The notes: generated by a model not told the origin, from the letters alone. DNA of 64,000 bases from Heterodontus francisci (GCF_036365525.1 NC_090399.1:54158430-54222429); one strand, 5' to 3'. Counted from the stretch's first letter, positions 1 through 12,094 are shown. Numbers and translations are program-made.

Positions 1-3000
1 GAAGGAGCAGAGTTTGTACAGATTGTATCCCATAATATCCACACTAATGTTCCGGACTGAATATCCAGTGAGTGAAGGAGCAGAGTTTGTCCAGATTGTA
101 TCCCATAATATCCTCACTAATGTTCAGGACTGAATATCCAATGAGTGATGGAGCAGAGTTTGTACAGATTGTATCCCATAATATCCTCACTAATGTTCAG
201 GACTGAATATCCAGTGAGTGAAGGAGCAGAGTTTGTCCAGATTGTATCCCATAATATCCACACTAATGTTCAGGACTGAATATCCAGTGAGTGAAGGAGC
301 AGTGTTTGTCCAGATTGTATCCCATAATATCCACACTAATGTTCCGGACTGAATATCCAGTGAGTAAAGGAGCAGAGTCTGTCCAGATTGTATCCCATAA
401 TATCCACACTAATGTTCAGGACTGAATATCCAGTGAGTGATGGAGCAGAGTTTGTACAGATTGTATCCCATAATATCCACACTAATGTTCAGGACTGAAT
501 ATCCAGTGAGTGAAGGAGCAGAGTTTGTACAGATTGTATCCCATAATATCCACACTAATGTTCAGGGCTGAATATCCAGTGAGTGAAGGAGCAGAGTTTG
601 TACAGATTGTATCCCATAATATCCACACTAATGTTCAGGACTGAATATCCAGTGAGTGAAGGAGCAGAGTTTGTACAGATTGTATCCCATAATATCCACA
701 CTAATGTTCAGGACTGAATATCCAGTGAGTGAAGGAGCAGAGTTTGTACAGATTGTATCCCATAATATCCACACTAATGTTCAGGACTGAATATCCAGTG
801 AGTGAAGGAGCAGAGTTTGTACAGATTGTATCCCATAATATCCACACTAATGTTCAGGACTGAATATCCAGTGAGTGAAGGAGCAGAGTTTGTACAGATT
901 CTATCCCATAATATCCTCACTAATGTTCAGGACTGAATATCCAGTGAGTGAAGGAGCAGAGTTTGTACAGATTGTGACCCATAATATGCAGACGAATGTT
1001 CAGGACTGAATATCCAGTGAGTGAAGGAGCAGAGTTTGTACAGATTGTATCCCATAATATCCTCACTAATGTTCAGGACTGAATATCCAGTGAGTGAAGG
1101 AGCAGAGTTTGTACAGATTGTATCCCATAATATCCACACTAATGTTCAGGACTGAATATCCAGTGAGTGAAGGAGCAGAGTTTGTACAGATTGTAACCCA
1201 TAATATCCACACTAATGTTCAGGACTGAATATCCAGTGAGTGAAGGAGCAGAGTTTGTACAGATTGTATCCCATAATATCCACACGAATGTTCAGGACTG
1301 AATATCCAATGAGTGATGGAGCAGAGTTTGTCCAGTTTGTATCCCATAATATCCACACTAATGTTCAGGACTGAATATCCAATCAGTAAAGGAGCAGAGT
1401 TTGTCCAGATTGTATCCCATAATATCCACACTAATGTTCAGGACTGAATATCCAATGAGTGATGGAGCAGAGTTTGTCCAGATTGTATCCCATAATATCC
1501 ACACTAATGTTCAGGACTAAATATCCAGTCAGCAAAGGAGCAGAGTTAGTCCAGATTGTATCCCATAATATCCACACTAATGTTCAGGACTGAATATCCA
1601 GTGAGTAAAGGAGCAGAGTTTGTCCTGATTCTATCCCATAATATCCACACTAATGTTCAGGACTGAATATCCAGTGAGTAAAGGAGCAGAGTTTGTCCAG
1701 ATTCTATCCCATAATATCCACACTAATGTTCAGGAATGAATATCCAGTGAGTGAAGGAGCAGAGTTTGTACAGATTGTATCCCATAATATCCACACTAAT
1801 GTTCAGGACTGAATATCCAGTGAGTAAAGGAGCAGAGTTTGTCCAGATTGTATCCCATAATATCCACACTAATGTTCAGGACTGAATATCCAGTGAGTAA
1901 AGGAGCAGAGTTTGTCCAGATTCTATCCCATAATATCCTCACTAATGTTCAGGACTGAATATCCAGTGAGTGATGGAGCAGAGTTTGTATAGATTGTATC
2001 CCATAATATCCACACTAATGTTCAGGACTGAATATCCAGTGAGTGACGGAGCAGAGTTTGTACAGATTGTATCCCATAATATCCACACTAATGTTCAGGA
2101 CTGAATATCCAGTGAGTGACGGAGCAGAGTTTGTACAGATTGTATCCCATAATATCCTCACTAATGTTCAGGACTGAATATCCAGTGAGTGACGGAGCAG
2201 AGTTTGTACAGATTGTATCCCATAATATCCACACTAATGTTCAGGACTGAATATCCAGTGAGTGATGGAGCAGTGTTTGTACAGATTGTATCCCATAATA
2301 TCCTCACTAATGTTCAGGACTGAATATCCAGTGAGTGAAGGAGCAGTGTTTGTCCAGATTGTATCCCATAATATCCACACTAATGTTCCGGACTGAATAT
2401 CCAGTGAGTAAAGGAGCAGAGTTTGTCCAGATTGTATCCCATAATATCCACACTAATGTTCAGGACTGAATATCCAGTGAGTGAAGGAGCAGAGTTTGTA
2501 CAGATTGTATCCCATAATATCCACACTAATGTTCCGGACTGAATATCCAGTGAGTGAAGGAGCAGAGTTTGTCCAGATTGTATCCCATAATATCCTCACT
2601 AATGTTCAGGACTGAATATCCAATGAGTGATGGAGCAGAGTTTGTACAGATTGTATCCCATAATATCCTCACTAATGTTCAGGACTGAATATCCAGTGAG
2701 TGAAGGAGCAGAGTTTGTCCAGATTGTATCCCATAATATCCACACTAATGTTCAGGACTGAATATCCAGTGAGTGAAGGAGCAGTGTTTGTCCAGATTGT
2801 ATCCCATAATATCCACACTAATGTTCCGGACTGAATATCCAGTGAGTAAAGGAGCAGAGTTTGTCCAGATTGTATCCCATAATATCCACACTAATGTTCA
2901 GGACTGAATATCCAGTGAGTGAAGGAGCAGAGTTTGTACAGATTGTATCCCATAATATCCACACTAATGTTCAGGACTGAATATCCAGTGAGTGAAGGAG

Positions 3001-6000
3001 CAGAGTTTGTACAGATTGTATCCCATAATATCCACACTAATGTTCAGGGCTGAATATCCAGTGAGTGAAGGAGCAGAGTTTGTACAGATTGTATCCCATA
3101 ATATCCACACTAATGTTCAGGACTGAATATCCAGTGAGTGAAGGAGCAGAGTTTGTACAGATTGTATCCCATAATATCCACACTAATGTTCAGGACTGAA
3201 TATCCAGTGAGTGAAGGAGCAGAGTTTGTACAGATTGTATCCCATAATATCCACACTAATGTTCAGGACTGAATATCCAGTGAGTGAAGGAGCAGAGTTT
3301 GGACAGATTGTATCCCATAATATCCACACTAATGTTCAGGACTGAATATCCAGTGAGTGACGGAGCAGAGTTTGTACAGATTGTATCCCATAATATCCAC
3401 ACTAATGTTCAGGACTGAATATCCAGTGAGTGATGGAGCAGAGTTTGTCCAGATTGTATCCCATAATATCCACACTAATGTTCAGGACTGAATATCCAGT
3501 GAGTGAAGGAGCAGAGTTTGTACAGATTGTATCCCATAATATCCACACTAATGTTCAGGACTGAATATCCAGTGAGTGACGGAGCAGAGTTTGTACAGAT
3601 TGTATCCCATAATATCCACACTAATGTTCCGGACTGAATATCCAGTGAGTGATGGAGCAGAGTTTGTCCAGATTGTATCCCATAATATCCACACTAATGT
3701 TCAGGACTGAATATCCAGTGAGTGATGGAGCAGAGTTTGTCCAGATTGTATCCCATAATATCCACACTAATGTTCAGGACTGAATATCCAGTGAGTGGAA
3801 GGAGCAGAGTTTGTATAGATTGTATCCCATAATATCCACACTATTGTTCAGGACTGAATATCCAGTGAGTGATGGAGCAGAGTTTGTCCAGATTGTATCC
3901 CATAATATCCACACTAATGTTCAGGACTGAATATCCAGTGAGTGGAAGGAGCAGAGTTTGTATAGATTGTATCCCATAATATCCACACTAATGTTCAGGA
4001 CTGAATATCCAGTGAGTGGAAGGAGCAGAGTTTGTACAGATTGTATCCCATAATATCCACACTAATGTTCAGGACTGAATATCCAGTGAGTGAAGGAGCA
4101 GAGTTTGTACAGATTGTATCCCATAATATCCACACTAATGTTCAGGACTGAATATCCAGTGAGTAAAGGAGCAGAGTTTGTACAGATTGTATCCCATAAT
4201 ATCCACACTAATGTTCAGGACTGAATATCCAGTGAGTGAAGGAGCAGAGTTTGTCCAGATTGTATCCCATAATATCCACACTAATGTTCAGGACTGAATA
4301 TCCAGTGAGTAAAGGAGCAGAGTTTGTACAGATTGTATCCCATAATATCCACACTAATGTTCAGGACTGAATATCCAGTGAGTGATGGAGCAGAGTTTGT
4401 ACAGATTGTATCCCATAATATCTACACTAATGTTCAGGACTGAATATCCAGTGAGTGAAGGAGCAGAGTTTGTACAGATTGTATCCCATAATATCCACAC
4501 TAATGTTCAGGACTGAATATCCAGTGAGTGAAGGAGCAGAGTTTGTACAGATTGTATCCCATAATATCCACACTAATGTTCAGGACTGAATATCCAGTGA
4601 GTGACGGAGCAGAGTTTGTACAGATTGTATCCCATAATATCCACACTAATGTTCCGGACTGAATATCCAGTGAGTGATGGAGCAGAGTTTGTCCAGATTG
4701 TATCCCATAATATCCACACTAATGTTCAGGACTGAATATCCAGTGAGTGATGGAGCAGAGTTTGTCCAGATTGTATCCCATAATATCCACACTAATGTTC
4801 AGGACTGAATATCCAGTGAGTGATGGAGCAGAGTTTGTCCAGATTGTATCCCATAATATCCACACTAATGTTCAGGACTGAATATCCAGTGAGTGATGGA
4901 GCAGAGTTTGTCCAGATTGTATCCCATAATATCCACACTAATGTTCAGGACTGAATATCCAGTGAGTGGAAGGAGCAGAGTTTGTATAGATTGTATCCCA
5001 TAATATCCACACTATTGTTCAGGACTGAATATCCAGTGAGTGATGGAGCAGAGTTTGTCCAGATTGTATCCCATAATATCCACACTAATGTTCAGGACTG
5101 AATATCCAGTGAGTGATGGAGCAGAGTTTGTCCAGATTGTATCCCATAATATCCACACTAATGTTCAGGACTGAATATCCAGTGAGTGGAAGGAGCAGAG
5201 TTTGTACAGATTGTATCCCATAATATCCACACCAATGTTCAGGACTGAATATCCAGTGAGTGAAGGAGCAGAGTTTGTACAGATTGTATCCCATAATATC
5301 CACACTAATGTTCAGGACTGAATATCCAGTGAGTGAAGGAACAGAGTTTGTACAGATTGTATCCCATAATATCCACACCAATGTTCAGGACTGAATATCC
5401 AGTGAGTGAAGGAGCAGAGTTTGTACAGATTGTATCCCATAATATCCACACCAATGTTCAGGACTGAATATCCAGTGAGTGAAGGAGCAGAGTTTGTATA
5501 GATTGTATCCCATAATATCCACACTAATGTTCAGGACTGAATATCCAGTGAGTGATGGAGCAGAGTTTGTCCACATTGTATCCCATAATATCCACACTAA
5601 TGTTCAGGACTGAATATCCAGTGAGTGAAGGAACAGAGTTTGTACAGATTGTATCCCATAATATCCACACCAATGTTCAGGACTGAATATCCAGTGAGTG
5701 AAGGAGCAGAGTTTGTACAGATTGTATCCCATAATATCCACACCAATGTTCAGGACTGAATATCCAGTGAGTGAAGGAGCAGAGTTTGTATAGATTGTAT
5801 CCCATAATATCCACACTAATGTTCAGGACTGAATATCCAGTGAGTGATGGAGCAGAGTTTGTCCACATTGTATCCCATAATATCCACACTAATGTTCAGG
5901 ACTGAATATCCAGTGAGTGGAAGGAGCAGAGTTTGTACAGATTGTATCCCATAATATCCACACTAATGTTCAGGACTGAATATCCAGTGAGTGAAGGAGC

Positions 6001-6980
6001 AGAGTTTGTCCAGATTGTATCCCATAATATCCACACTAATGTTCAGGACTGAATATCCAGTGAGTGATGGAGCAGAGTTTGTCCAGATTGTATCCCATAA
6101 TATCCACACTAATGTTCAGGACTGAATATCCAGTGAGTGAAGGAGCAGAGTTTGTGCAGATTGTATCCCATAATATCCACACTCATGTTCAGGGCTGAAT
6201 ATCCAGTGAGTGACGGAGCAGAGTTTGTACAGATTGTATCCCATAATATCCACACTAATGTTCAGGACTGAATATCCAGTGAGTAAAGGAGCAGAGTTTG
6301 TCCAGATTGTATCCCATAATATCCACACTCATGTTCAGGGCTGAATATCCAGTGAGTGACGGAGCAGAGTTTGTACAGATTGTATCCCATAATATCCACA
6401 CTAATGTTCAGGACTGAATATCCAGTGAGTAAAGGAGCAGAGTTTGTCCAGATTGTATCCCATAATATCCACACTAATGTTCAGGGCTGAATATCCAGTG
6501 AGTGACGGAGCAGAGTTTGTACAGATTGTATCCCATAATATCCACACTAATGTTCAGGACTGAATATCCAGTGAGTGAAGGAGCAGAGTTTGTATAGATT
6601 GTATCCCATAATATCCACACTAATGTTCAGGACTGAATATCCAGTGAGTAAAGGAGCAGAGTTTGTGCTGATTGTATCCCATAATATCCACACTAATGTT
6701 CAGGACTGAATATCCAGTGAGTGAAGGAGCAGAGTTTGTACAGATTCTATCCCATAATATCCACACTAATGTTCAGGACTGAATATCCAGTGAGTGAAGG
6801 AGCAGAGTTTGTACAGATTGTATCCCATAATATCCACACTCATGTTCAGGGCTGAATATCCAGTGTGTGAAGGAGCAGAGTTTGTGCAGATTGTATCCCA
6901 TAATATCCACACTCATGTTCAGGGCTGAATATCCAGTGAGTGATGGAGCGGGGTTGGTACAGATTGTTTCCCATCATAGC
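1..6980 (+). repeat. 73-bp tandem array (>=95 copies, open at the window start), in intron 1 of ZNF gene 1
   Basis: Unit GTGAGTGAAGGAGCAGAGTTTGTACAGATTGTATCCCATAATATCCACACTAATGTTCAGGACTGAATATCCA is repeated with few variants. The same unit follows the exon-1 donor in the other three paralogues. Confidence 0.97.
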
Positions 6981-7175
6981 CATTTATCGCTCAATCAACA
7001 TATCAAAAACAGATTACCTGTTCATTATTACTTTGCCGTGTGTGGGAGCTTGCTGTTATCAAATTGAGTGCTGCAGTTCCTAAATAATGGCAGTGAGTAC
7101 ACTTCAGTCGTACATCATTGGCCGTAAAGTGTTTTGGGGCAACTGGTAGTCATGACTGGTGCCATATAGATGGAA
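6981..7175 (+). mobile_element. 3' fragment of a Deu-domain SINE (SacSINE1-like)
   Basis: Similar to the 3' half of the SINE copies at 33260 and 57790 (tttatc.ctcaatcaacat...acagatta.ctg.tcattat...tgtgggagcttgctg). Confidence 0.6.
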
Positions 7176-7339
7176 GTGATGTTTTTTAACTTTCAGAAAA
7201 TCCAGCACAGGTAGTCCAGGCAAAATCCATTGATCCACATTTACTGTCCCCACAGTTCAGTAACCTGCTGACCCTCCCTGGACACCAGTCTCCCAGTGAG
7301 GGGTCAGCACCTTCAGAGACAGGAGAGAATCGGAGGAAA

Positions 7340-7366
7340 CTCACTCATTATTTTTTGTGTTACAGG
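7340..7366 (+). other. Putative splice acceptor of the large ZNF exon (gene 1)
   Basis: ctcactcattattttttgtgttacag|gagtatc. Conserved in the other three units, with exon starts at 33842, 46159 and 58385. Confidence 0.6.
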
Positions 7367-7911
7367 AGTATCTCACCGTATTAAATCAGAGAATAGAGAG
7401 AGGATAGACACCACGCCCAACCAAGACCCGAGGAGATCCCGGACATCACCCCAGGAACAACTCCACAGAAAAAGCATCTCCAATAAATCTGATTGGTCAG
7501 GTGAAGTGAAACTGACCAGTATCCAGTGTCCAGTCAAAACCAACACTTCCATAGGTTTGGCTGTGGGATATCAGTCTGTCCAGGGGATGGAGGGAGTGTA
7601 ACGGGTGAGATTGGAGAGAAGTCTCTCAGGTTCCACAAGCACTGGTTTTCACACTGTCCTTGATGTTCCTGAAACACTGGAATATCCACTCAGGTGAAAG
7701 GTCATTCACATTGAGGGGCGTCAGGCCTGCTCCGAGTGTGAGGAGGGCTTTGAGTGTTCATTATACCTTGTGCAGCATTGGCAGATCCTGACAGGTGTCT
7801 GACGTTTGCAGAGGGCTTTATATGATTGTTGGACCTCCTCATCCACAGACGGTGAGAGTGTAGACAGTCTTAGTGACACCATTGTGTCTCCTGTAACACG
7901 AGGGCAGCCAC

Positions 7912-8016
7912 ATGGCAGAGAAAGCAATTGAATGTGGACAATTTGACGGAGTCTCTGCAAGTTCATCAGGCCCTGTGAATCCCCAAACCATCAACACAGA
8001 GGAGTGGTGGTTCTAG
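7912..8016 (+). other. 34-aa upstream ORF, probably a remnant of the ancestral N-terminus (MAEKAIECGQFDGVSASSSGPVNPQTINTEEWWF*)
   Basis: The ATG has a cacATGg context and the ORF ends at TAG in ttc-TAG-tgt-gaa-gtg-tgt, at the start of a finger. Paralogous uORFs lie at 34388-34492 and 46695-46799. Confidence 0.55.
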
Positions 8017-8200
8017 TGTGAAGTGTGTGAGAAGATCTTTGTACAGTTATCGTACCTGCTGAAACACCAACACACCCACACAGGGGAGAAACTGTTCAAA
8101 GTCGAGGTGTGTGACAAAACCGTCCCACCTCCTGGTCCATGAGAAAACCCACAAAGGGGAGAAACCCTTCACGTGTGACATTTGCAACAAAGGTTTTGCA

Positions 8201-9253
8201 ATGTTGTCCAACCACTTACAAGACCAGCGCATTCACACAGCAGAGAGAGCGTTCAGGTGTGACGTTTGTGAGAGGACCTTCACACGCCCATCCACCCTCC
8301 TTGTCCACCAGCGGATCCACACAGGGGTGAAACCATTCCGCTGTGAGGTTTGTTCTAAAAGCTTCACACTGTCATCCACCCTCCTGATACACCAACGGAT
8401 CCATACAGGGGAGAGACCGTTCAAGTGTGAGGTTTGTGGTAAAACCTTCACACTGTCATCAACTCTCCTCCTTCATCACAGGATCCACACAGGGGAGAGG
8501 CCCTTCAGCTGTGAGGTTTGCCAGAAAACCTTCACATGCTCCTCGCGCCTGCTACAACATCAGAGGATTCACACGGGAGAGAAGCCCTTCAAGTGTGAAG
8601 TGTGTGATAAAGCCTTCACACGCTTATCAACTCTGCAGGATCACTACAGGATCCACACGAGGGAGAAACCTTTCAGGTGTGAGGTATGTGATAAAGCCTT
8701 CACCCAGTCATCGACACTCCTGGCTCACTCCAGGACACACACGATGGAGAAACCATTCAAGTGTGAGGTGTGCGATAAAGCCTTCACACACTCATCGACC
8801 CTCCTAGCTCATTATAGGATCCACACTGGAGAGAAACCCTTCAAGTGTGAGGTGTGTGATAAAGCCTTTACACACTCAGCAACCCTCCAGGCTCACGTCA
8901 GGACTCACACGAGAGAGAAGCCCTTCAGCTGCGAGGTCTGTGATAAAGCCTTCGCACGCTCATCGAACCTCCTGGCTCATTTCAGGACACACACGAGGGA
9001 GAAACCCTCCCGCTGTGAGTTTTGTAAGAAAACCTTCCGGCATTTGTCAGACCTGGTGGAACATCAGCGAACCCACACAGGGGAGACCCCATTCAGGTGC
9101 GAATTCTGCAACAAAGCTTTCAGACATTTGCCTGACCTCCTGGAACATCAACGTACTCACACGGGAGACAAACCCTTCCAGTGTGACGTGTGCCAGGAAT
9201 GTTTCACCTACTCCTCATCTCTAGAGCTTCACCAGAGTCTCCACACGGGATAG
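8201..9253 (+). CDS. C2H2 (Krueppel-type) zinc-finger protein, paralogue 1; 12 intact fingers, 350 aa from the first in-frame ATG
   Basis: The frame is open from 8111 to 9253 with tandem CxxC-x12-HxxxH motifs and TGEKP-type linkers. The ATG at 8201 matches the ATG position in genes 2 and 3. The start is inferred. Confidence 0.85.
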   Translation: MLSNHLQDQRIHTAERAFRCDVCERTFTRPSTLLVHQRIHTGVKPFRCEVCSKSFTLSSTLLIHQRIHTGERPFKCEVCGKTFTLSSTLLLHHRIHTGERPFSCEVCQKTFTCSSRLLQHQRIHTGEKPFKCEVCDKAFTRLSTLQDHYRIHTREKPFRCEVCDKAFTQSSTLLAHSRTHTMEKPFKCEVCDKAFTHSSTLLAHYRIHTGEKPFKCEVCDKAFTHSATLQAHVRTHTREKPFSCEVCDKAFARSSNLLAHFRTHTREKPSRCEFCKKTFRHLSDLVEHQRTHTGETPFRCEFCNKAFRHLPDLLEHQRTHTGDKPFQCDVCQECFTYSSSLELHQSLHTG

Positions 9254-10094
9254 AAACCCTCCCAGATTGACATGTACCAGTGCAGTTTCACCATCTCCTC
9301 CTCCTCCTCCCTTCCAGTATGATCACTGCAAGAACTGCTTCACTGACATAGCCACATCGGCTTGGAGCAAACTCAAGTCCTCCAGCATTGTGATGGTTTT
9401 CAGAGCTGTCTCCAGGCTGCCTTGTCCCCCTGCAGCTGAGCAGCTGTTTCATTGTGGTACCTGTTCCAGAATTTGCAGCAATATCACCAAGCTTACCCAG
9501 TCTCACTGTATGCAGACCCATGAGAAAGTGTAGGGGAGCAATGCTTCTGACAAGACTGTTGACCAATCTGCTCCATTCGAATGCAGTGGATGTGAGCTTC
9601 GCCTGTGAGTGCCTGAATTTGGTTGTGGTACTGCACATGTTAAGTGTGTCAGTGTGGTCTTGGATTTGATGTCTCGGATGTATAGGAGAATAGTACGTGC
9701 AGGTCAAGATAATATTACTGATCACTCGAAGCAATCTTTCTAAGTTTCTGACTGTGGGGACTTTGAGAATTACCTGTACTGGCTAACCTATCAGGGAAGA
9801 TAGATCTGGGAAAATAATCAGCTCAGGATTACTACCTGTGATATAACAGATGTATTTCGATCAAGAAGTATGTTTGTCAAAAATCGTAACTTCAACATAA
9901 ATGAACTTCTGACCAGGGAAACAGCTCCAGTGTCCTGAGATTGCTCAGTTTAGACTTTAATATAACGGTGAGGATGAACTCCAGTCAACTCCATTTATCT
10001 TGTTATAATCATCCAGGATTCAGTTAAAGGACTCCAAGAATGTTGAAACATTTGTTATTTTGGTTTCAAAAAATACTTCTCAGTATTGGTACAA

Positions 10095-10162
10095 AATAAA
10101 TACAGCATTGTTCATCTGATGATTGACCTTGCTTCTGTATAGCTGTACATTCCTGCAATAAA
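10095..10162 (+). terminator. Candidate polyadenylation signals of gene 1
   Basis: AATAAA at 10095 and 10157, followed by GT-rich sequence. Paralogous sites lie at 37320, 49292 and 49354. Confidence 0.45.
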
Positions 10163-10652
10163 TCTCTCTTATTATCCTGAGCCTACACTATATACTCAAT
10201 TAGCCTGGTGTTTTCCCACCTATGGAAATGATTAGAAATGTCTGATTGGTATCCCTGTGTGTTTGATTAAAACAAGTTGATGAAGTGTATTTGTTCCCAG
10301 TGAGTGTGCTTGTCCACTCTGTCCACTGGTGAGATCTCTGTTTCACTCAGTGGGAGGTGTGGACTTGCCAATGGGAGCTGTTTAGTTTTCATGAGAAAGC
10401 TCAGGTAAGGGCATTGGTTGCAGGTTATGAGGCCCAAACTGCCTTGAGTCGCAGGTGATCAGCTTTTCTGAATGATCAGGTTATTCGTGATGAATGCATT
10501 TTTTTGGGGCACTGAAACACTGATTAACTGTCCCAATTTTCTGATGACTTTGATTTGACACCAGTCTTTTTATCTCCAGCACACACACACTGCCCAGGTC
10601 CTGACAGGAAATGGGTTCCCTTTAACACTTTCTCAGGTTGATACCAGATCAC

Positions 10653-11130
10653 CACCAACAACAACTTGTATTTATATAGTGCCTTAGACAAAACAAAACA
10701 TTTCAAGGTGCTTTCACAGGAGCATTATCAAGTAAAAATTGAAACCAAACCACATTGGGAGATAGTAGGACAGGTGACCAAACAATTAGTCAAAAAAGGG
10801 TAGGTTTAAAGGAAGAAAGAGAAGGTTTTGGGAGGGAATTCCGGAGTTTAGGATCTCGGCAGCTGAGGACACAGCCACCAATGGTGGAGAGATTAAAATC
10901 AGGGATGCTCAAGAGGCTAGAATTAGATGAGTGCAGATACATCAGAGGTTTGTGGGGCTGGAAGAGATTACAGGAGTAGGGAGGGGGCAGGCCATGGAGA
11001 GATTTGAAAACAAGGATGAGAATTTTAAAATCGAGGCGTTGTTTAACCGGGAACCAATATAGGTCAGCGAGTCCAGGGGTGATGGGTGAACAGCACTTGG
11101 TGTGAGTTCGGACACTGGCAGCAGAGTTTT
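10653..11130 (-). mobile_element. L2-clade LINE 3' fragment
   Basis: The minus strand encodes a decayed KQRLDFKILILVFKSLHG..P motif and has a (TTG)n-like tail. Paralogous copies lie at 38163 and 49850. Confidence 0.7.
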
Positions 11131-11296
11131 GGGAATATTTCTGAAGGGGTTAGACTTGGTGAAAAATGAAATTGTAACCTGAGATTCCTTTAGACATGTG
11201 GGAGTGGAGGCCTGGATTTGTACAGTTCCTCTGAGGGAATGCTGTCCTGCAGAGGGGCAACACTGAGGGAGTGTTGCCTTGTTGGAAGTGCAGTAC

Positions 11297-12094
11297 ATAG
11301 GAACAGGAGTCGGCTATTTAGCCCCTCAAGCATGTTCCATCATTTAGTGAGATCATGGCGGATCTGTGATCTAACTCCATATACCTGCCCTTTCCCCATC
11401 TCTCTTAATACCTTTGGTTAACAAAAATCCCAGATTTAAAATTAACAATTGACCTGGCATCAATTTCATTTGTGGAAGAGAGTTCCAAATTTCTCACACC
11501 TTTTGTGTGTAGAAGAGTTTCCTGATTTCACTGGAAAGCCCTGGCTCTAATATTTAGGCTATGCCACCCAAGTCCAAGACTCCCCAACCAGTGGAAATAG
11601 TTTCTCTCTGTTCATCCTGTCTGTCCCTTAATATTTTGAAAACTGTGAACAAATCACCCCTCCACCTTCTGATGTCAAGGGAGTACAACCAGAGTTTGTT
11701 TAAACTCTTATACTCCTGTTATCATTCTAGTAAATCTATGCTGCACTCCCTGCAAGGCCTATCATTCCTAAGGTCTGGTGCCTGGTGCCCAGAACCACTC
11801 ACCGTAACTCCAGGAGTGGTCTAAACAGGGCTTTATATAGCTGAAGCATGACTTTTACCCCCTTGTATTCTCGTCAATTAGATATAAAGGCCAGCAGTCC
11901 ATTAGTCTTTTTGATTATTTTAATGATCTTTGTACCTGGAACTCCAAGTGTAATTGGACCCCACTGTTTCTAGCTTTTCAACATTTAGAAAATAGCCTGT
12001 TCTATCCTTTTTTGTCCAAAGTAGATGAACTCAGATTTATCTACATTGAAATCCATTTGCCACAGTTTTGTCCAGTGACTTCATCTATCAACAT
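11297..12094 (-). mobile_element. CR1 LINE 3' fragment
   Basis: Homologous to 50841-51835, whose minus strand gives MDFNVDQCEVIHLG (CR1 RT C-terminal region). It is interrupted by the LTR element at 12095. Confidence 0.7.

Noticed and set aside
927-6474. 70-aa minus-strand ORFs (MWILWDTI...)
   Set aside because: They are artefacts of three consecutive 73-bp units in which a variant removes a stop.
1-6980. CRISPR-like array
   Set aside because: The 73-bp units are contiguous with no unique spacers, there are no cas genes, and the context is eukaryotic.
7256-7301. Possible 40-bp micro-exon (ccccacag|ttcag...ccca|gtgagg)
   Set aside because: The signals are plausible in the paralogues, but the donor is weak and an LTR interrupts it in unit 3. 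It cannot be supported without cDNA.
8139-9224. Alternative-frame and antisense ORFs overlapping the ZNF genes
   Set aside because: They are shadow frames of the 84-bp finger periodicity.
8111-9253. PRDM9 or a named KRAB-ZNF orthologue
   Set aside because: No SET, KRAB or SSXRD domain is visible, and the fingers are too divergent for a PRDM9 minisatellite-like array. No gene symbol is justified.
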